Shown one piece after another: positions 15,661-28,955 of a stretch of 64,000 nt of DNA (position 1 is the first letter of the stretch; each line of letters starts with the position of its first letter). The stretch is from the NCBI RefSeq assembly GCF_009914755.1, contig NC_060930.1; one strand, 5' to 3'. This stretch comes from the human T2T-CHM13v2.0 reference genome, Homo sapiens. A model generated the notes under the pieces. The model was not told the DNA's origin. It did not search any database and was given only the letters and a program-made list of their open reading frames with translations. The translations under genes and the position numbers were made by a program.

Positions 15661-16716
15661 AAAAAGCACAAATCTGGAGGCATCACATTACCTTACCTCA
15701 AACTATACTAAAAGGCCATAGTCACCAAAACGGCATGATACTGGCACAAAAATAAGCACATAGATCAATGGAACAGAATAGAGAACCCAGAAATAAAGCC
15801 AAATACTTACAGCCAACTAATCTTCAACAAAGCAAACAAAAACATTAAGTGGGGAAAGGGCACACTATTCAACGAATGGTGATGGGATAATTGGCAAGCC
15901 ACACGTAGATGGGTGAAACTGGATCCTCATCTCTCACCTTATACAAAAATAAACTCAAGATAAAGGACTTTAAGATCTAACATTATAAAAATTCTAGAAG
16001 ATGACACTTAGTCAAAGACTTCATGACCAAGTACCCAAAAGCAAATGCAACTAAAACAAAGATAAATATATGGGACTTAATTAAACTAAAAAACTCTGCA
16101 CTGCAAAAGAAATAATCAGTAGACTAAATAGACAACTCACAGAATGGGAGAAAATCTTCACAATCTATACATCTGACAAAGGACTAATATTCAGACTCTA
16201 CAAGCAACTCAAACAAATCAGCAAGAAAAAAAACAAACAATTCCATCAAACAGTGGGCTAAGGACACGAATAGACAATTCTCTAAAGAAGATATACAAAT
16301 GGCCAACAAACATATAAAATAACATTCATTATCACTAATGATCAGGAAAATGCAAATCAAAACCACAATACAATACCATCTTACTCCTGCAAGAATGGCC
16401 AAAATAAAAAAAATCAAAAAATAATACATCTTGGTGGGGATGTGGTAAAAAGGCAACACTTTTACACCACTGGTGGGAATGTAGACTAGTAAAACCACTG
16501 TGGAAAACAATGTGGAAATTCCTTAAAGAACTAAAAGTAGAACTACCATTTGATTCAGCAACCCCACTGCTGGGTATTTATCTGGAGGAAAACATACAAA
16601 AAAGATACTTGCACACACGTTTATAGTAGCAAAATTCGCAATTGGAAAAATATGGAATCAGACCAAATGCCCATTAATCAATCAGTGGACAAAGAAATTG
16701 TGAGATATATATGCAT

Positions 16717-16748
<32 letters not shown>

Positions 16749-16995
16749 GTGTCATGGAATACAACTCAGCCATGAAAAGGGAGGAAATAATGGCATTTTC
16801 AGCCATCTGAATAGAATTGAAGACCATTATTTTAAGTGAAGTAACTCAGGAATGGAAAACCAAACATTGTATCTTTTCACTCATAAGTGGGAGCTAAGCT
16901 CTGAGGATGCAAAGGTATAAGAATAATACAATGGACTTTGGGAACTTGGGGGAAAGGGAGGCAATAGGGTGAGGGATAAAAGACTACATATTGGG

Positions 16996-17285
16996 GGCCG
17001 GGCGCGGTGGCTCATGCCTGTAATCCCAGCACTTTGGGAGACCGAGGTGGGCGGGTCACGAGGTCAGGAGATCAAGACCATCCTGGCTAACACAGTGAAA
17101 CCCTGTCTCTACTAAGAATACAAAAAATTAGCCGGGCGTGGTGGCGGGCGCCTGTAGTCCCAGCTACTCCGGAGGCTGAGGCAGGAGAATGGCGTGAACC
17201 CGGGAGGCCTTGCAGTGAGTGGAGATCACGCCACTGCACTCCAGCCGGGGCGACAGAGTGAGACTCGTATCAAAAAAAAAAAAAA
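16996..17285 (+). mobile_element. AluY
   Basis: ggccgggcgcggtggctc...accatcctggctaacac...ggcgtgaacccggg; TSD aaaagactaca(t/c)attggg at 16978-16995 and 17286-17303. Confidence 0.95.
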
Positions 17286-18096
17286 AAAAGACTACACATT
17301 GGGTACAGTGTACACTGCTTGGGTGATGGATGCAGAAGAATCTCAGAAATCACCACTTATTTATGTAACCAAATCCCACTGGTTACACAAAACCTATTGA
17401 AATCAAAAAAGAAAACTAACTCTACATTATGTAGGTCAAATAATTATGAGGTCTTGTTAAAGCAGCTTAGCTTTCCTTAAAAAGAAAAAAAACATGAAGT
17501 TGAATCACCTATTTTTAAAAAAGTATGAAAGGGACTATGAAGTGATACAGAATATAAATCACAGTGAGGATTTGCATGGGTTTTAATGCATAAAATTATA
17601 TAAAATAGAAATATACAGCACAAAAAAAAACCCGGATAAACATGGGGGAGCCCACACAAACACAAATGAAGACATACCCTTTAATAAACTATTTAGTCTT
17701 CAGCAGATTAAGTAAACAAGTGTAAGTATAAGATGTGAGTAACACGTATGCAGGCCTGAAAAAATGAGTACTGTCATAACTTGTTGACCCAACAATTCTT
17801 CTAGCTTAAATAATTGGTTGGTTTAAAAAATTAATCAGGCATGTGTGCAAAAATGTACCTGCATTTAGTAGTACTGCGTATGACAGGGAAACCCTTAAGA
17901 CACTTTATATCCAAAGCAACCTATTCTGATATTCAGCTTATTTTAATAAAGCAAAATGCTTGTTTACCTCTCTTATTAAATAATTCAGACCCAAATCTTT
18001 TTGCTTTCAGTTCCAAATTTAATCCTTTTACTCCCAATTCCAAATTCCTGGGGAAGGAAGTCTGATCTACCCAGGTTTGATAAAACTACCTCATTT

Positions 18097-18557
18097 TGTT
18101 GGGATACAATTGTCCATGGGTCTCTCATGTTTCTGCATGTCATGTGCCCAGAGTCAATATTCTGGACAATCTTCACAAGGATGTTTGTCTTCCTTCAGCG
18201 TAAATGACAGATTTGTTAGCTATTTGGGAAAAAAAAAGTCTCCCTCAAGGGCAAAGGCTGGGCAAGTTTGCTAGTATATCTCCTATAAAAGATTAGGATT
18301 ACCTAAACTTGGATTTTCCAGCTGTGATGCAAACTCACTACATGTATAGCATCTACAAGGACTGTCTGCATTGTCCTGGAAACAAGGAGAACTAAAACAA
18401 ATGTGAAGTTGTGATGCCTGCTGTGCCATGAAAAATCAAGTCCATTGTTTCTGACTCAAGTATCCCTTAGATCCTACCAGAATTTATGAAACTTTAGCAA
18501 TCTAACATGCAAGTTTACAAAAAGCAGAAAATAGCAGACCATTCCCAGTTTTTGACA
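18097..18557 (+). mobile_element. LTR40-family solo LTR (ERVL)
   Basis: Starts tgttgggatacaattgtccatgggtctctcatgtttctgca, ends cagtttttgaca; matches recalled LTR40 termini. Confidence 0.75.
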
Positions 18558-19734
18558 TCGTGTTTATTTTGAATATTGTATTAATGCATAGGGCAAAGAT
18601 GATTGCCTGGCATACATGCACACATACACACACACACACACAGCAGTAAGTAATGTACTAAATTATCTATGTGCAATGGAAAATACAGATGAAAATATAA
18701 TATGTTTTTAAAAAGTCTGGAAAAATGATGACCAAATGGGTACAGTAATTATCTTTGAGTGTTAGAATTTTCTTTGTTTCCTATTTTGTCTTTTCAAATA
18801 AGCATGTATATTTTTATAACTTATACCATCTCATTTGAAAATGTGAAATCCTTACAATTGTGATACATCATTAAAGTGATATTAGTCATCACAATGTTGT
18901 CAGTAATCAAACACTACATAGGGCATTTCTTCCAAATCACTATCCTAAGCTTAAAAATAACATTTGATGGAGTTCATTTCTTGAGCATTTTTCTATATCC
19001 AGTTAGATGACATTACACCTTCTTTATATAAATATTTTTTCTCTCTTTATATTCTTTTGTACATCTATACATTTGCTCATATTTTAAATATTTTAATTAT
19101 TTATATTCAATAGGCTACCAAATTGTTTTAAATAATAACTTTGCTGCTAAGTATACCCCTGTTAGGAAAGTCAGAATATTATTTACCATAATCACTTCTA
19201 GGTGTTCTTGAAGCAATGAAGGCAATAACAAAAATATTGGCTGTAAATTGTATAGTCCATTAAAATTCAAGATAAGAAGTCAGATTGTATGAAGGAGCTA
19301 GATGCCACATATGAAAATTCGTCCTAGAGGAGTAGTATGTGGTAACACATTGTTCTCATTACAATGTAAGCTATGCATTAATATGATGGACCATTTATTT
19401 TAACTTAGTGGCATGAAAATTAATAAATCATGAGCAACTGCAAACTGGTGATTTTTTCTTTAGGCATATTTTCAAAATATTTTTAACCTGGTTTTTTTCT
19501 GGTGCTCTTCAGCTAAGTCTTGGAATCTACTGTGTGACTTATGATCAAATTGTGTTTTTTACTTGATATATACAGAAATTGTCCCTCAAATTAATTTTCC
19601 AAAATATGAAGAATATGAAAACTTTACTTTGCAGGAAATATACTTCTAAAAATAAGTATTTCCTTTTAGAAAAGAGGGAGAAACCAAGAAAATATTTTAA
19701 TAAACACATCTTATAAATAGGGACATGATTATTA

Positions 19735-19845
19735 ATGATTAAATTCTCATTGTATAAATGACAATTTGTAGATACAGAATTAAGTAATTTGTCTAAGGTT
19801 AGACAGGTAAGAATTAATAGGGTCACAATAAAATCCATGTCTTCT
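19735..19845 (-). mobile_element. MIR fragment
   Basis: Degenerate MIR core (ttaagtaatttgtctaaggttagacaggtaa). Confidence 0.5.
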
Positions 19846-19925
19846 CATTATGTAGATGGTTTTCCACATGGCATTTCATAGCTGGTATTGTCATGTTCAT
19901 AGTAACCCTGTATCCACTCTTAAAA

Positions 19926-20307
19926 TGTTACAACCCTTCCTCTTCTACCACATCTCAGGTGGAAAAGGAGAGTGCCAAGCATGGGCCATCCCTTCACCTG
20001 CATAGGGCACCAATTCACCTCAGCCTTTCATTAGCCACGGACCAAATCCTTCATCCAGTTAAAGGGTAGCCAATAGGGACCTCACAAGGAGTACAGAAAA
20101 CCAAGAAACCTGGAATTGGGCCCTTGAGCCGCTTGCTCTGGCCCACTCCCACCCTGTGGAGTGCTTTCTCACTTTAATAAATTTCTGGTTTAGCTGCTTC
20201 CTTCCTGTGTTTCCTTCCTTTGTTACTTTGTGCAGTTTTGTTCAATTCTTTGTCCACAACATCAAGGACCTGGACAACTCATAGTCACCACCTTGCTTCC
20301 TGTAACA
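19926..20307 (+). mobile_element. ERV1 solo LTR, MER66-like
   Basis: Inverted termini tgttaca...tgtaaca with aaaa on both sides (4-bp TSD); internal gggcccttgagccgcttgct...cccactcccaccctgtggagtgctttctc, and aataaa. Confidence 0.72.
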
Positions 20308-21364
20308 AAAAGACACTGCGTAACCTTAAATAGAAGCTCACTTGCTCAAAGAGTGCTCTCCAGAATATGATTGGGGCAGATTGCCATTTACTTCATGTTG
20401 CCATGTTTTCTTGTGGAACATTTATGCAAATGCTCACAGGAGGTTGGAGATAGTTTGAATTATGGTCAGGACAACTTATTTTATAGTTCAAAAGCAGCAG
20501 CCTGGTCTTCACTTTATGAAATGATATATGATATAGGTGCTGCCACCTCGAATAAACCTGAAAGTTACACAGGGATTCTGTGGACAGAAAAAGAGTATTG
20601 CCTTGAAAGAAAAATGCCGTACCGTAAGACAGAGCTACGGAGATTTTTGCAGAAAATACAATTTTCTGACAAGGTTGTCTCATCTTGACAAGACATGAAT
20701 TAGGTGTTAATACTGTAATTAGGCGTCTCATTACTAATAATTAAAAAGACATTGTTTACCTCAAAAATTGATTGCACCAATATTTGATTTACAAGAAAAT
20801 AAAGGCTTTAAGACAACTGCTTCAAGCAGAAAGCAACATTGTATTTTAAAAGTTAAACCTAGAAATGCTTGTTTTTAGAAAATAGAAAATATATCTTTGT
20901 ATTAAGACAGTTGACACTTTCATTGTGTTTTAAACTCCCTGTTTTATACATGTGGCTTATATATGTGTGCCCACAATAGTGTGTACAGGGTTGAATTTTG
21001 TTACTAACTTTCTTTAATAAGAGGAAAAAAACACTAAGAATTGCAATTCAATAGTTTATGTATTACATGCATATCAAGATGAAAATCTATTAAAATTGGT
21101 CAAATTACTCTGCTATGACCATGACCATTAACCAAGAAACACTGGGTTTGGCCTAGTCTTAGGCATCACCGGAAAATGTAAAGAATATAATGAATCGGCT
21201 CATTCTTACTCTGTCCAGTTTAATTCTACAGAAACAAGGTAATACAAAATATTCATCCAAGAGTATAAAATTTAATGAGAAAGATTTTCAGATACACAGA
21301 TATGATGCAATACAAATATTCTAAGTATGCTATTCTAAATACGCTATGCTATTCCTCAGAACCT

Positions 21365-21768
21365 TTTCAGACTTGCGCCCCTCCGAAGTCAGGTTGTCTC
21401 TTCCCCGAAGTCAGGCCATCTCCTCCTCTACCAAATGAGACTCCGGTCTTTATAGGCACAGAATGGGGAGTGCATTCTGACTGGTTTGTGAATATGCAAA
21501 AATGGTTAAAGCAAAGACACCACTCAAAGTTGGGCACAACAGTGTGGAGAAACAATTAGGAAAGGGTAGGTATATGTAAAATAGGTGAAGGGTGGGGATT
21601 GATAAGAGGAAAGTGCACCGAACCCAGAGGACAAGTTCTCAATCTGGTCCAAGGATTTAACTCGTAACTTGGCTTTCAGGCTTTAAGGTGCCTTCAGCTT
21701 GGAGATGGGGTTTCACTAGGTACCTGTCCCTATCTGCCTAGGCATTTGGCTGCCTCCTGCTACTATCA
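21365..21768 (-). mobile_element. LTR27-family LTR, partial (5' ~400 bp)
   Basis: Right end reverse-complements to tgatagtagcaggaggcagccaaatgcctaggcagataggg, the LTR27/28/LTR1-group start; LTR 3' portion absent. Confidence 0.75.
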
Positions 21769-23679
21769 ATTCCATAACAGAAAAAGACATGTAGCAATGT
21801 GTGTGTGAAATAAAATAGTGTGTGAATGTGAGTCTAAGAAATATCCTTAACATTCTCAGCTATAGAATATATACGAGCTGTAGCATATGAGGCACAAAAG
21901 GTAGGTGGAGTATACTTCATAAAGTGTCTTAGTTAAAGAGATAAGAGTGTTTGTGGAAGCATGATTAATCTACTTCAGAAAGATAGCTTTAGCACCAGTG
22001 TGAAAATGATTTGATTGTGAGGATCCTGGTTATGTTAAAGGACGAGGAAGCTGGAGGAAGGAAGTTGGGGGATTATGGAAACTTTATGTTCAGCAACGAA
22101 TTAGGATCCTGCACAAGCAAGTAATGTTAAAGGCCAGAATTAAGACAATAGTGAAACAACAACAGAGGAATTAATGTTCTGGAAGCAGTGAATGATCCCA
22201 GTGGAATTTCTGAATATTGTGTATATTTGTCAGAATGTAGCACCAACTATGCAAATGTTCTTGCACCAAAAACTTGCAAACCACAAAGGCAACCCCTTAA
22301 TTACTAATGCCAGTTAGTGCCACTGCAGTAATTTCCTGAGTAAGCAATGAGTTCATTTCTCTGGCAAGTTATCTCAAAGCATGGAAAGGCTGAGGCATTT
22401 CAGGACCCACACCCTGCAAAAGAAACTGAAATGCTCTAAGGTAAAACAGAAGACAACTATGCAACAAGAGAGCCAAATTCTCCAAGGCAATGGAGTGTAG
22501 CACAGTTTGCATCCAAAGATCAAATTCATAAAGCCACACATCAAAACAACTATTAGAAGAATGCATTCTAAAATCATCCGCAACACCACTGACACAGTCA
22601 AAATATTCATAAACCAAACAAAACAATGTTCAAGCACCCACAGGTCCCTATCAATCTTTTGAAGTGCAAAACAGCCAAGGAAAATGCATTTTTAAGATAA
22701 GTGCACCTAATATGACTTTGTAAAGTAACTTTATGTCCTAAAATCCCAGTGTTATAGGTAATAAATATAAAATCAAGGCAATAAATATTCCTTCAAACAT
22801 GCAGCAGCATTGAGCAGCATTCCCTTTTGGTTTCCAGAATATGATTTCCAAAACTGCAGCAGGGAAAATACTTACTTTGAACCTCCTGCCTCTCCAAATC
22901 CAACATAAGCTGGTCTGGATTGGAACAATTGTCACCTATAGTCTCAGCATGGAATGTGACTGTTTTCAAGATTCCTTTCATGATGCTGTCAGCGTGAAAA
23001 CACTCAATTGTGTCCTCAGCTTGATCTTTAAATGTCATTTTTAAAACAGATTTGAAGTAAAAGAATACCATTCTCTCCATTTGTTCAAAAGGAGATATTT
23101 CCTTCATAAGTTTATAAAAGTCTAGGTGTTAATGAATTACTCACCTAATATAGACTCCTTAAGGCATCAGCAGCAGCTTGCATCAGGCACCCTAGGGAGT
23201 ATAGGGGACTTAGAAATAAAGAACTATTTACCTATAAATCTTGTGCACATGTTTTCAGAAGGGCAAGACTTGTTCTTGGTTTCAGGTAAGGTCAACAAGC
23301 TTAAAAAATGACAATTCTTGGAATTTCTCAGTGACTCTATGAGACCTATGTAACAGCCACTTAATATATATGTTAAATAATGTTTTCTGTGAAATTTCTT
23401 TATATATTAAGAAGGGCTTTCCTGTATTTCTTATTCCACTGAATTCCTGGAAGGGGACTATCCCACTTTGGCAAAGCTCCATGAAACGAATAACCTTGGG
23501 AAAATGTGCATAAAAATGTATTACTGAAGGCATTATGTTCCAATATATGAGCCTTTAGTTTCTTTGCTTTTCAGGGGCTCACAAAGCTATATATTTTCAG
23601 AGAACTAATTGTGTTCATTTATTGCAAATTTTATAATAGCAAGCTAAATATGTTGGTATTTTAGAAGATGAATTTGAAG

Positions 23680-23900
23680 AAGTAAACTGTAGAGATCTTT
23701 GAGAGGCAATGTGGTCTGCATTACAATGATGGTGGTAAAATAAATGGAAAGACTTGGAAAGATTCAAGAAATGTTTGATAGACAATGACAAGTAAATTAT
23801 TGCATGTAGTGGATGAGAGAGTACACAAAGAAAACCTCATTGTTTTGGGCTTGAGTAACTGGGTGATTATATTAATAACCATGAGAAAAAAAGATAAAAT
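23680..23900 (-). mobile_element. L2 fragment
   Basis: Degenerate L2 motifs (gattcaagaaatgtt, ttttgggcttgagtaactgggtga). Confidence 0.5.
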
Positions 23901-24082
23901 CTAGTACGGGAAGTATTCTAATAAGTGTCTTTTCCCAGATAAGGAATAATTGAGAGGAAAACTTTCCTTTTTGACTCAGTCATGGCTTTAGCAGAAGGCA
24001 ATATGACATAATAGATTTCACTGTCAACAGACAAGTTTTTAAAATTTTCATCTAGCAGTTGACTCGTGTGTAATATTAGTAA

Positions 24083-24426
<344 letters not shown>

Positions 24427-24619
24427 TAAAACACATTTTCATGATCTCTAAAATAAATAGGCTGATGAGACCACCCCCTCTACCAGTTGCTAGGAGAACA
24501 AAATTAGATCGTGTATAAAGTGCCGCTTGAAAATGTCTATCTAGTCTCAAACTCTCCTGCCTTTTTCTAGATGTGTTAATATGTAGGTGACCAAAGCAAA
24601 TTGTATTAATAGTTTAAAG

Positions 24620-27232
24620 CAGCAGTCCCCAGTTTTTTTTTTTTGGCACCAGGGACCAGATCTGTGGAAGATTATTTATCCATGGACTGGGGGTGAGATA
24701 TGGTTTTTGGGATGATTCAAGTGCATTATATTTATCATGTACTTTATTTCTATTACAATTACATTGTAATATTTAATGAAATAATTATAGAACTCACTAT
24801 AATGTAGAATCAGTGGGAGCCTTGAGTTTGTTTTCCTGCAACTAAATGGTTCCTTCTGGGGGTGATGGGAGACAGTGGTACCTGAAGTGTGTTGCTTCCA
24901 AAATTGCTTTTCAGTTGTTGTCACTGCAGAAAACCGTGCTTCACAAAGATAGCATGATGGAAATGGAAGCAGGCTTCTCAGTGCTTTTGTGGCAATCTCA
25001 GGATATTCTGCCTTGACTTTAATCTGAAATGTATGGAGATTTGAAGTTGTCTCAAACATACTTTTAAGGCCACCATCATTTGTGATCTCAAGAGGGTGAT
25101 CCTCTTCTAGCACAGACAAAGTTGATTAACCTGGCTTATTCACAAATGGGCTGCAGATCCATTCCTTCCAAGTTTGGGGGTTTTCTGTGGCTGGGAAGTA
25201 ATGCTCAGATGCTTGAAAGCTGAGATAGGTGATGATGTACCAACTGGGAGAAAGAAGACCCTGGCTCAGTCTCTTTCAAAATCTCTGCTAATGTTTGAAA
25301 CATGTCAAAAATCCCAATGCTCACTCATTGCCCTCATAATTCCCATTTGGCTTTGAATGCCCCCACTTTATCTGCTGACTGGAACAGTTATCATTTGCCC
25401 CTGACGTCACAGCTTGAATTCGTTGAGCAGGTTGAATACGTCACACAAGTAAGCAAGTTTTGTCACCCATTCTGTGCCACTGAGTTGTGCTTCCAGTGGT
25501 GACTGTTTTTCTAAAAGAAATCTCTGGAGTGGCTCTTATAACTCCAAACCTCTGGCCAGTGATCTACCTTTAGAAAGTCACCTAACTTCTGCAGATAAAA
25601 GAAGAAACAAGTGCTCTGCCTCCATCTCCTCACAGAGCTGCATGAAGAGACGTGTGAGTTAAGGGTGTATAGTTTAGTGTGGTTGATAATTTTAATCACA
25701 CACTGCAAAAGGTTAAGTTCAGGTGACATTTTTGAGTTAGCCAGCATTTCTCTATGGATGACACAGTGTGTAAACTCACATTCAGAAGCAATCTCTTTGA
25801 TCCAAATAGTGAAACCAGAAAGCAGTCAAGTCATGGTAGCCGCTCCATCCATCCATATATTCAGCACAAAAACCAATTCAGTTTTCCTGGCACGTAATCA
25901 TTCAAAGACTTGGATAGTTTTGCAATTGCGATATTGGTTGGCAACAAAAGCACACATAACATGTGTTCATGCACCTCCTGAAAAATATGTTGCATAAAAA
26001 CAAGCATTGTTGCCTTGTTATCAACATTGGTACACTCCTCAACCTGGATTGCATACCATGGTGATTCATTAATCCTCTCTAACAATTGTGCCTTAATATC
26101 CTCTGCCATTTCACCAATTTGTCTACTTATGGTTCTAGCTGAAAGAGGAAGACGTTGCCACCTTTTGAACTGCAGCCTCTCTGAGAAGTTCATGACAAAT
26201 GTCCTTAGCAACAGGCAGGATCAACTCTTCACCAATAGTGAAGAGCTTCTTGGCTTTAGCAATGCAGTTAGCAACTAAGAATGATGCGCTCAGTGCAGAC
26301 ACATTTGATGAAGTGGTAGTCTTCAGTAATTGCTTCTGTTCTTTACGTTGATATTTTTTTTTCTTTTGAAAAACTCCAAAGGCTTGTATTTTAATGCAGG
26401 TTGCTTGGTCTCCAACTGGGGAAGCAGTTTTGAAGGTTTCATGCCTTTGTTGGATAGCTGGTTGCCACATATTATACAAAGTGGACTTGGAGAAAGTGAA
26501 TCGCCTGTAGCAATGAACTCATGATTTAAGTAGGACTCTTGGTATTTTATTTTAAATGCAGATTTTTGTTGGCAGTCTTAGAGTCTTCTGCTGTCTCATC
26601 ATTGGCTCTTCCCCCTTTTCAAAGTTTTCCAGTAATGTTTGATTTTAACTCATTTTGGCTAGGGTTAGCTTGTGGGTTTACCAAAACCGTGACTGAGACA
26701 AGTGCATAGTGTGAGAAAAAGGTATAGATGGAAGTGGTAAATAAAATAATGAGTGGACCACATGTGGACTAAAATAAGTGTCAGATTCTGACTTAAATCC
26801 TGCCACCAGATGTAGCTTGTCGCTTGCCAGTCACTAATAGGGATTTGATATGAGTCTGCAAGCAATTGACGTATTATGGTCTCTGTTCAGTGAAACCTGT
26901 CTGCTAATGTTAATCTTTATTTGCAGCTGCTCCCCATTGCTCATATCACCACCTCAGCTCCACCTTAGATCATCAGGCATTAGGTTATCATAAGGAGCTT
27001 GCAGCTTAGGTCCCTCACACACACAGTTCACAATAGAGTTTGGGCTCCTATCAGAATTTAATCCTGCTACTGATCTGACAGAAGGCAAAGCTCAGGGCGG
27101 TAATGTGAGTGATAGGGAGTAGCTGTACATACAGATGAAGCTTTGCTTGCTCACTGATCACCTCCTGCTGTGCAGCCTAGTTCCTAACAGGCCACGAACT
27201 GGTACCTAAGAGGCCATGAACTGGCACCCCTA
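24620..27232 (-). mobile_element. Near full-length Charlie3 (hAT-Charlie; autonomous parent of MER1A/B)
   Basis: MER1-type termini cagcagtcccc...ttttggcaccagggacc and ...ccccta; 8-bp TSD gtttaaag (24612-24619) / gtttaagg (27233-27240); internal transposase. Confidence 0.9.
24810..26653 (-). pseudogene. Disrupted hAT/Buster-type transposase of Charlie3 (related to the domesticated ZBED5/SCAND3 family)
   Basis: ORF fragments ...ASFLVANCIAKAKKLFTIGEELILP, ...LSARTISRQIGEMAEDIKAQLLERINESPWYAIQV, THCKRLS-region, ...EYPEIATKALRSLLPFPSCYLCEARFS (hAT dimerisation motif); multiple frameshifts and stops. Confidence 0.88.
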
Positions 27233-27634
27233 GTTTAAGGAATATAGAGTTTTTCCTGCTTACTTCAAAAAGAGTGTATCAAACCAAAGTCCATACCCTT
27301 TGAAACTATGCTATGAGGCTTTTCTCAAAATTCCATCATGTAATGTAGAGGTATATGGGTCTTTACACTTAGGTTCAAAGTTGATGGAGGCCAGAAATTG
27401 TGGTAGAATGCTTATTTATTGGGCCACACTATGAGAGTCACTACCTCAAAAGCCTTTAGAAAGATTATGATACATATTAAAATTTCTCAGTATAGAAATT
27501 CCTCAAAATTCTCTTTTTCACATTTTCTTTGATGAATGCAGAGAGGAAAGAGAGACAGAGTGTATGTTTGTGTGTGTAAAATAAGCTCAGACATTATGAA
27601 ATGACCCTGCTCTGAGCTGTTCTGCCTCTTACTA

Positions 27635-28249
27635 CAGTTAGTTCTGCTATAACAATTGTTTTGAAAACACAAATTTATTCTAGTGTAATGGATATATTAG
27701 GGTACAATTTAAGCATGGTGTGAATTTCCTGTTTACTTATGCATGAATTCATCCCTGAGGAACACTAGGTGAATGCATAAAACCACTTAGCTGAACTGAG
27801 CTAGGTAGGAATCCACAACAGTGCAAGCACAAACACCCCTCAAGTATCTACCAGCCGCCTTAGCTGATGACATGGGTTATGAGCTACTCCCATCCACCCC
27901 TGTAGTTACAGCTTTCCACCTGATTTCAAATAACCCTCCTTTCACCACTTCACAATTACTTGCAGGCTGAAACCTTCCAATAACCTCTCCCTAAAGCAAA
28001 CTTCACATCTTTCTCAAGGTAAAATACATATTTCATGTATTTTTTTATATATTTATCAATTCCTTAATGTATATGCAATGCACTTTTGACCTTATCAGTT
28101 TATCATTTTTTCAAATGTGTCCCTTATGAAGTTGTTGAATGTTATACACTTCACCTCATCTCCACCTTAACATTCACGCTTTTCATTGTGTGATTTTGCA
28201 TAGCACAGTACATTTTAGGAATACATATGCCTCACAGCATAATTGACTG
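27635..28249 (-). mobile_element. Tigger9-type TcMar-Tigger element, inserted in a MIR
   Basis: Inverted termini cagttagttctgctat / agcataattgactg, flanked by TA on both sides. Confidence 0.75.
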
Positions 28250-28251
28250 TA

Positions 28252-28409
28252 TCTAACAACTTGTTCAGGTAACATGATCCTCTTCGGTACTCCCTGTAAA
28301 AGGTTAAAAATAGTAGAATCAATCTCAGAGCTGTTGACAAAATTAAAATACGTGTGGCGCATTTAGTATATGCCATGCAATATCATAGTACTTAATACAT
28401 GTTAGATAT
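28252..28409 (+). mobile_element. MIR fragment
   Basis: ctgtaaaaggttaaaaatagtag...tctcagagctgttg...tagtacttaatacatgttag. Confidence 0.55.
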
Positions 28410-28955
28410 TGTGATAAGCAGTATAATAGCTCCCTGAAGGTATCCACACACTAATCTCTGGAACTTGTGAATATTTTGTGTTACACGGAAAAGTGGACTT
28501 TGCCAATGTAATTAAGACTTTGGATATTCAAATAAAGAGTATCCTGGATGACCCAGGTAGGCCCAGTCTAAATACGTGAACCCTTAAAGGCAGACGATTT
28601 TCTTAGGATGAAGTCAGAAAGATGCAGCAGAGGAAAATTCAGTGAGATTTGAAATTCTTGACAAGCCATTGCTGATTTGAAGATGAAGGCGGGCAAGTGA
28701 TGTGGGAATGTAGGAGTCTTTACGGACAGGCTCCAGGATAACAGTCAGCAAGGAAAAGGAAATTAGATTTTTCCCTTAACCTCAATGAGGTTAGAACCAG
28801 ATTCTTCCTAGCTAGCTGACACCTTGATTTGGGCCTTTCCCAACCTGAAATGGAGAAGCAAAACAAGTCCATCCATACTTCTGACCTACGGAGTTCTGGG
28901 ATATGTTTTAAACTGTGAACTTTTGGGTAATTTATTATGGGAACAATAGAAAATG
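28410..28955 (+). mobile_element. MLT1D/E-type MaLR LTR
   Basis: tgtgataagcagtataatagctccc...ctaatctctggaacttgtgaata...gctgacaccttgattt...ggtaatttattatgg. Confidence 0.75.

Larger units (their letters stand above)
14470..17410 (+). mobile_element. L1PB1-type 5'-truncated element (ORF2 RT region to 3'UTR), interrupted by an L1PA2-type fragment and an AluY
   Basis: actggaacaagacaaggatgcccactctcaccac; L1PB1-type 3'UTR (gagctaagctctgaggatgcaaagg...aacctattgaaat). Confidence 0.9.

Noticed and set aside
20371-20731. 105-aa and 112-aa ORFs in unique sequence
   Set aside because: No recognisable homology, domain or exon structure; lengths are compatible with chance.
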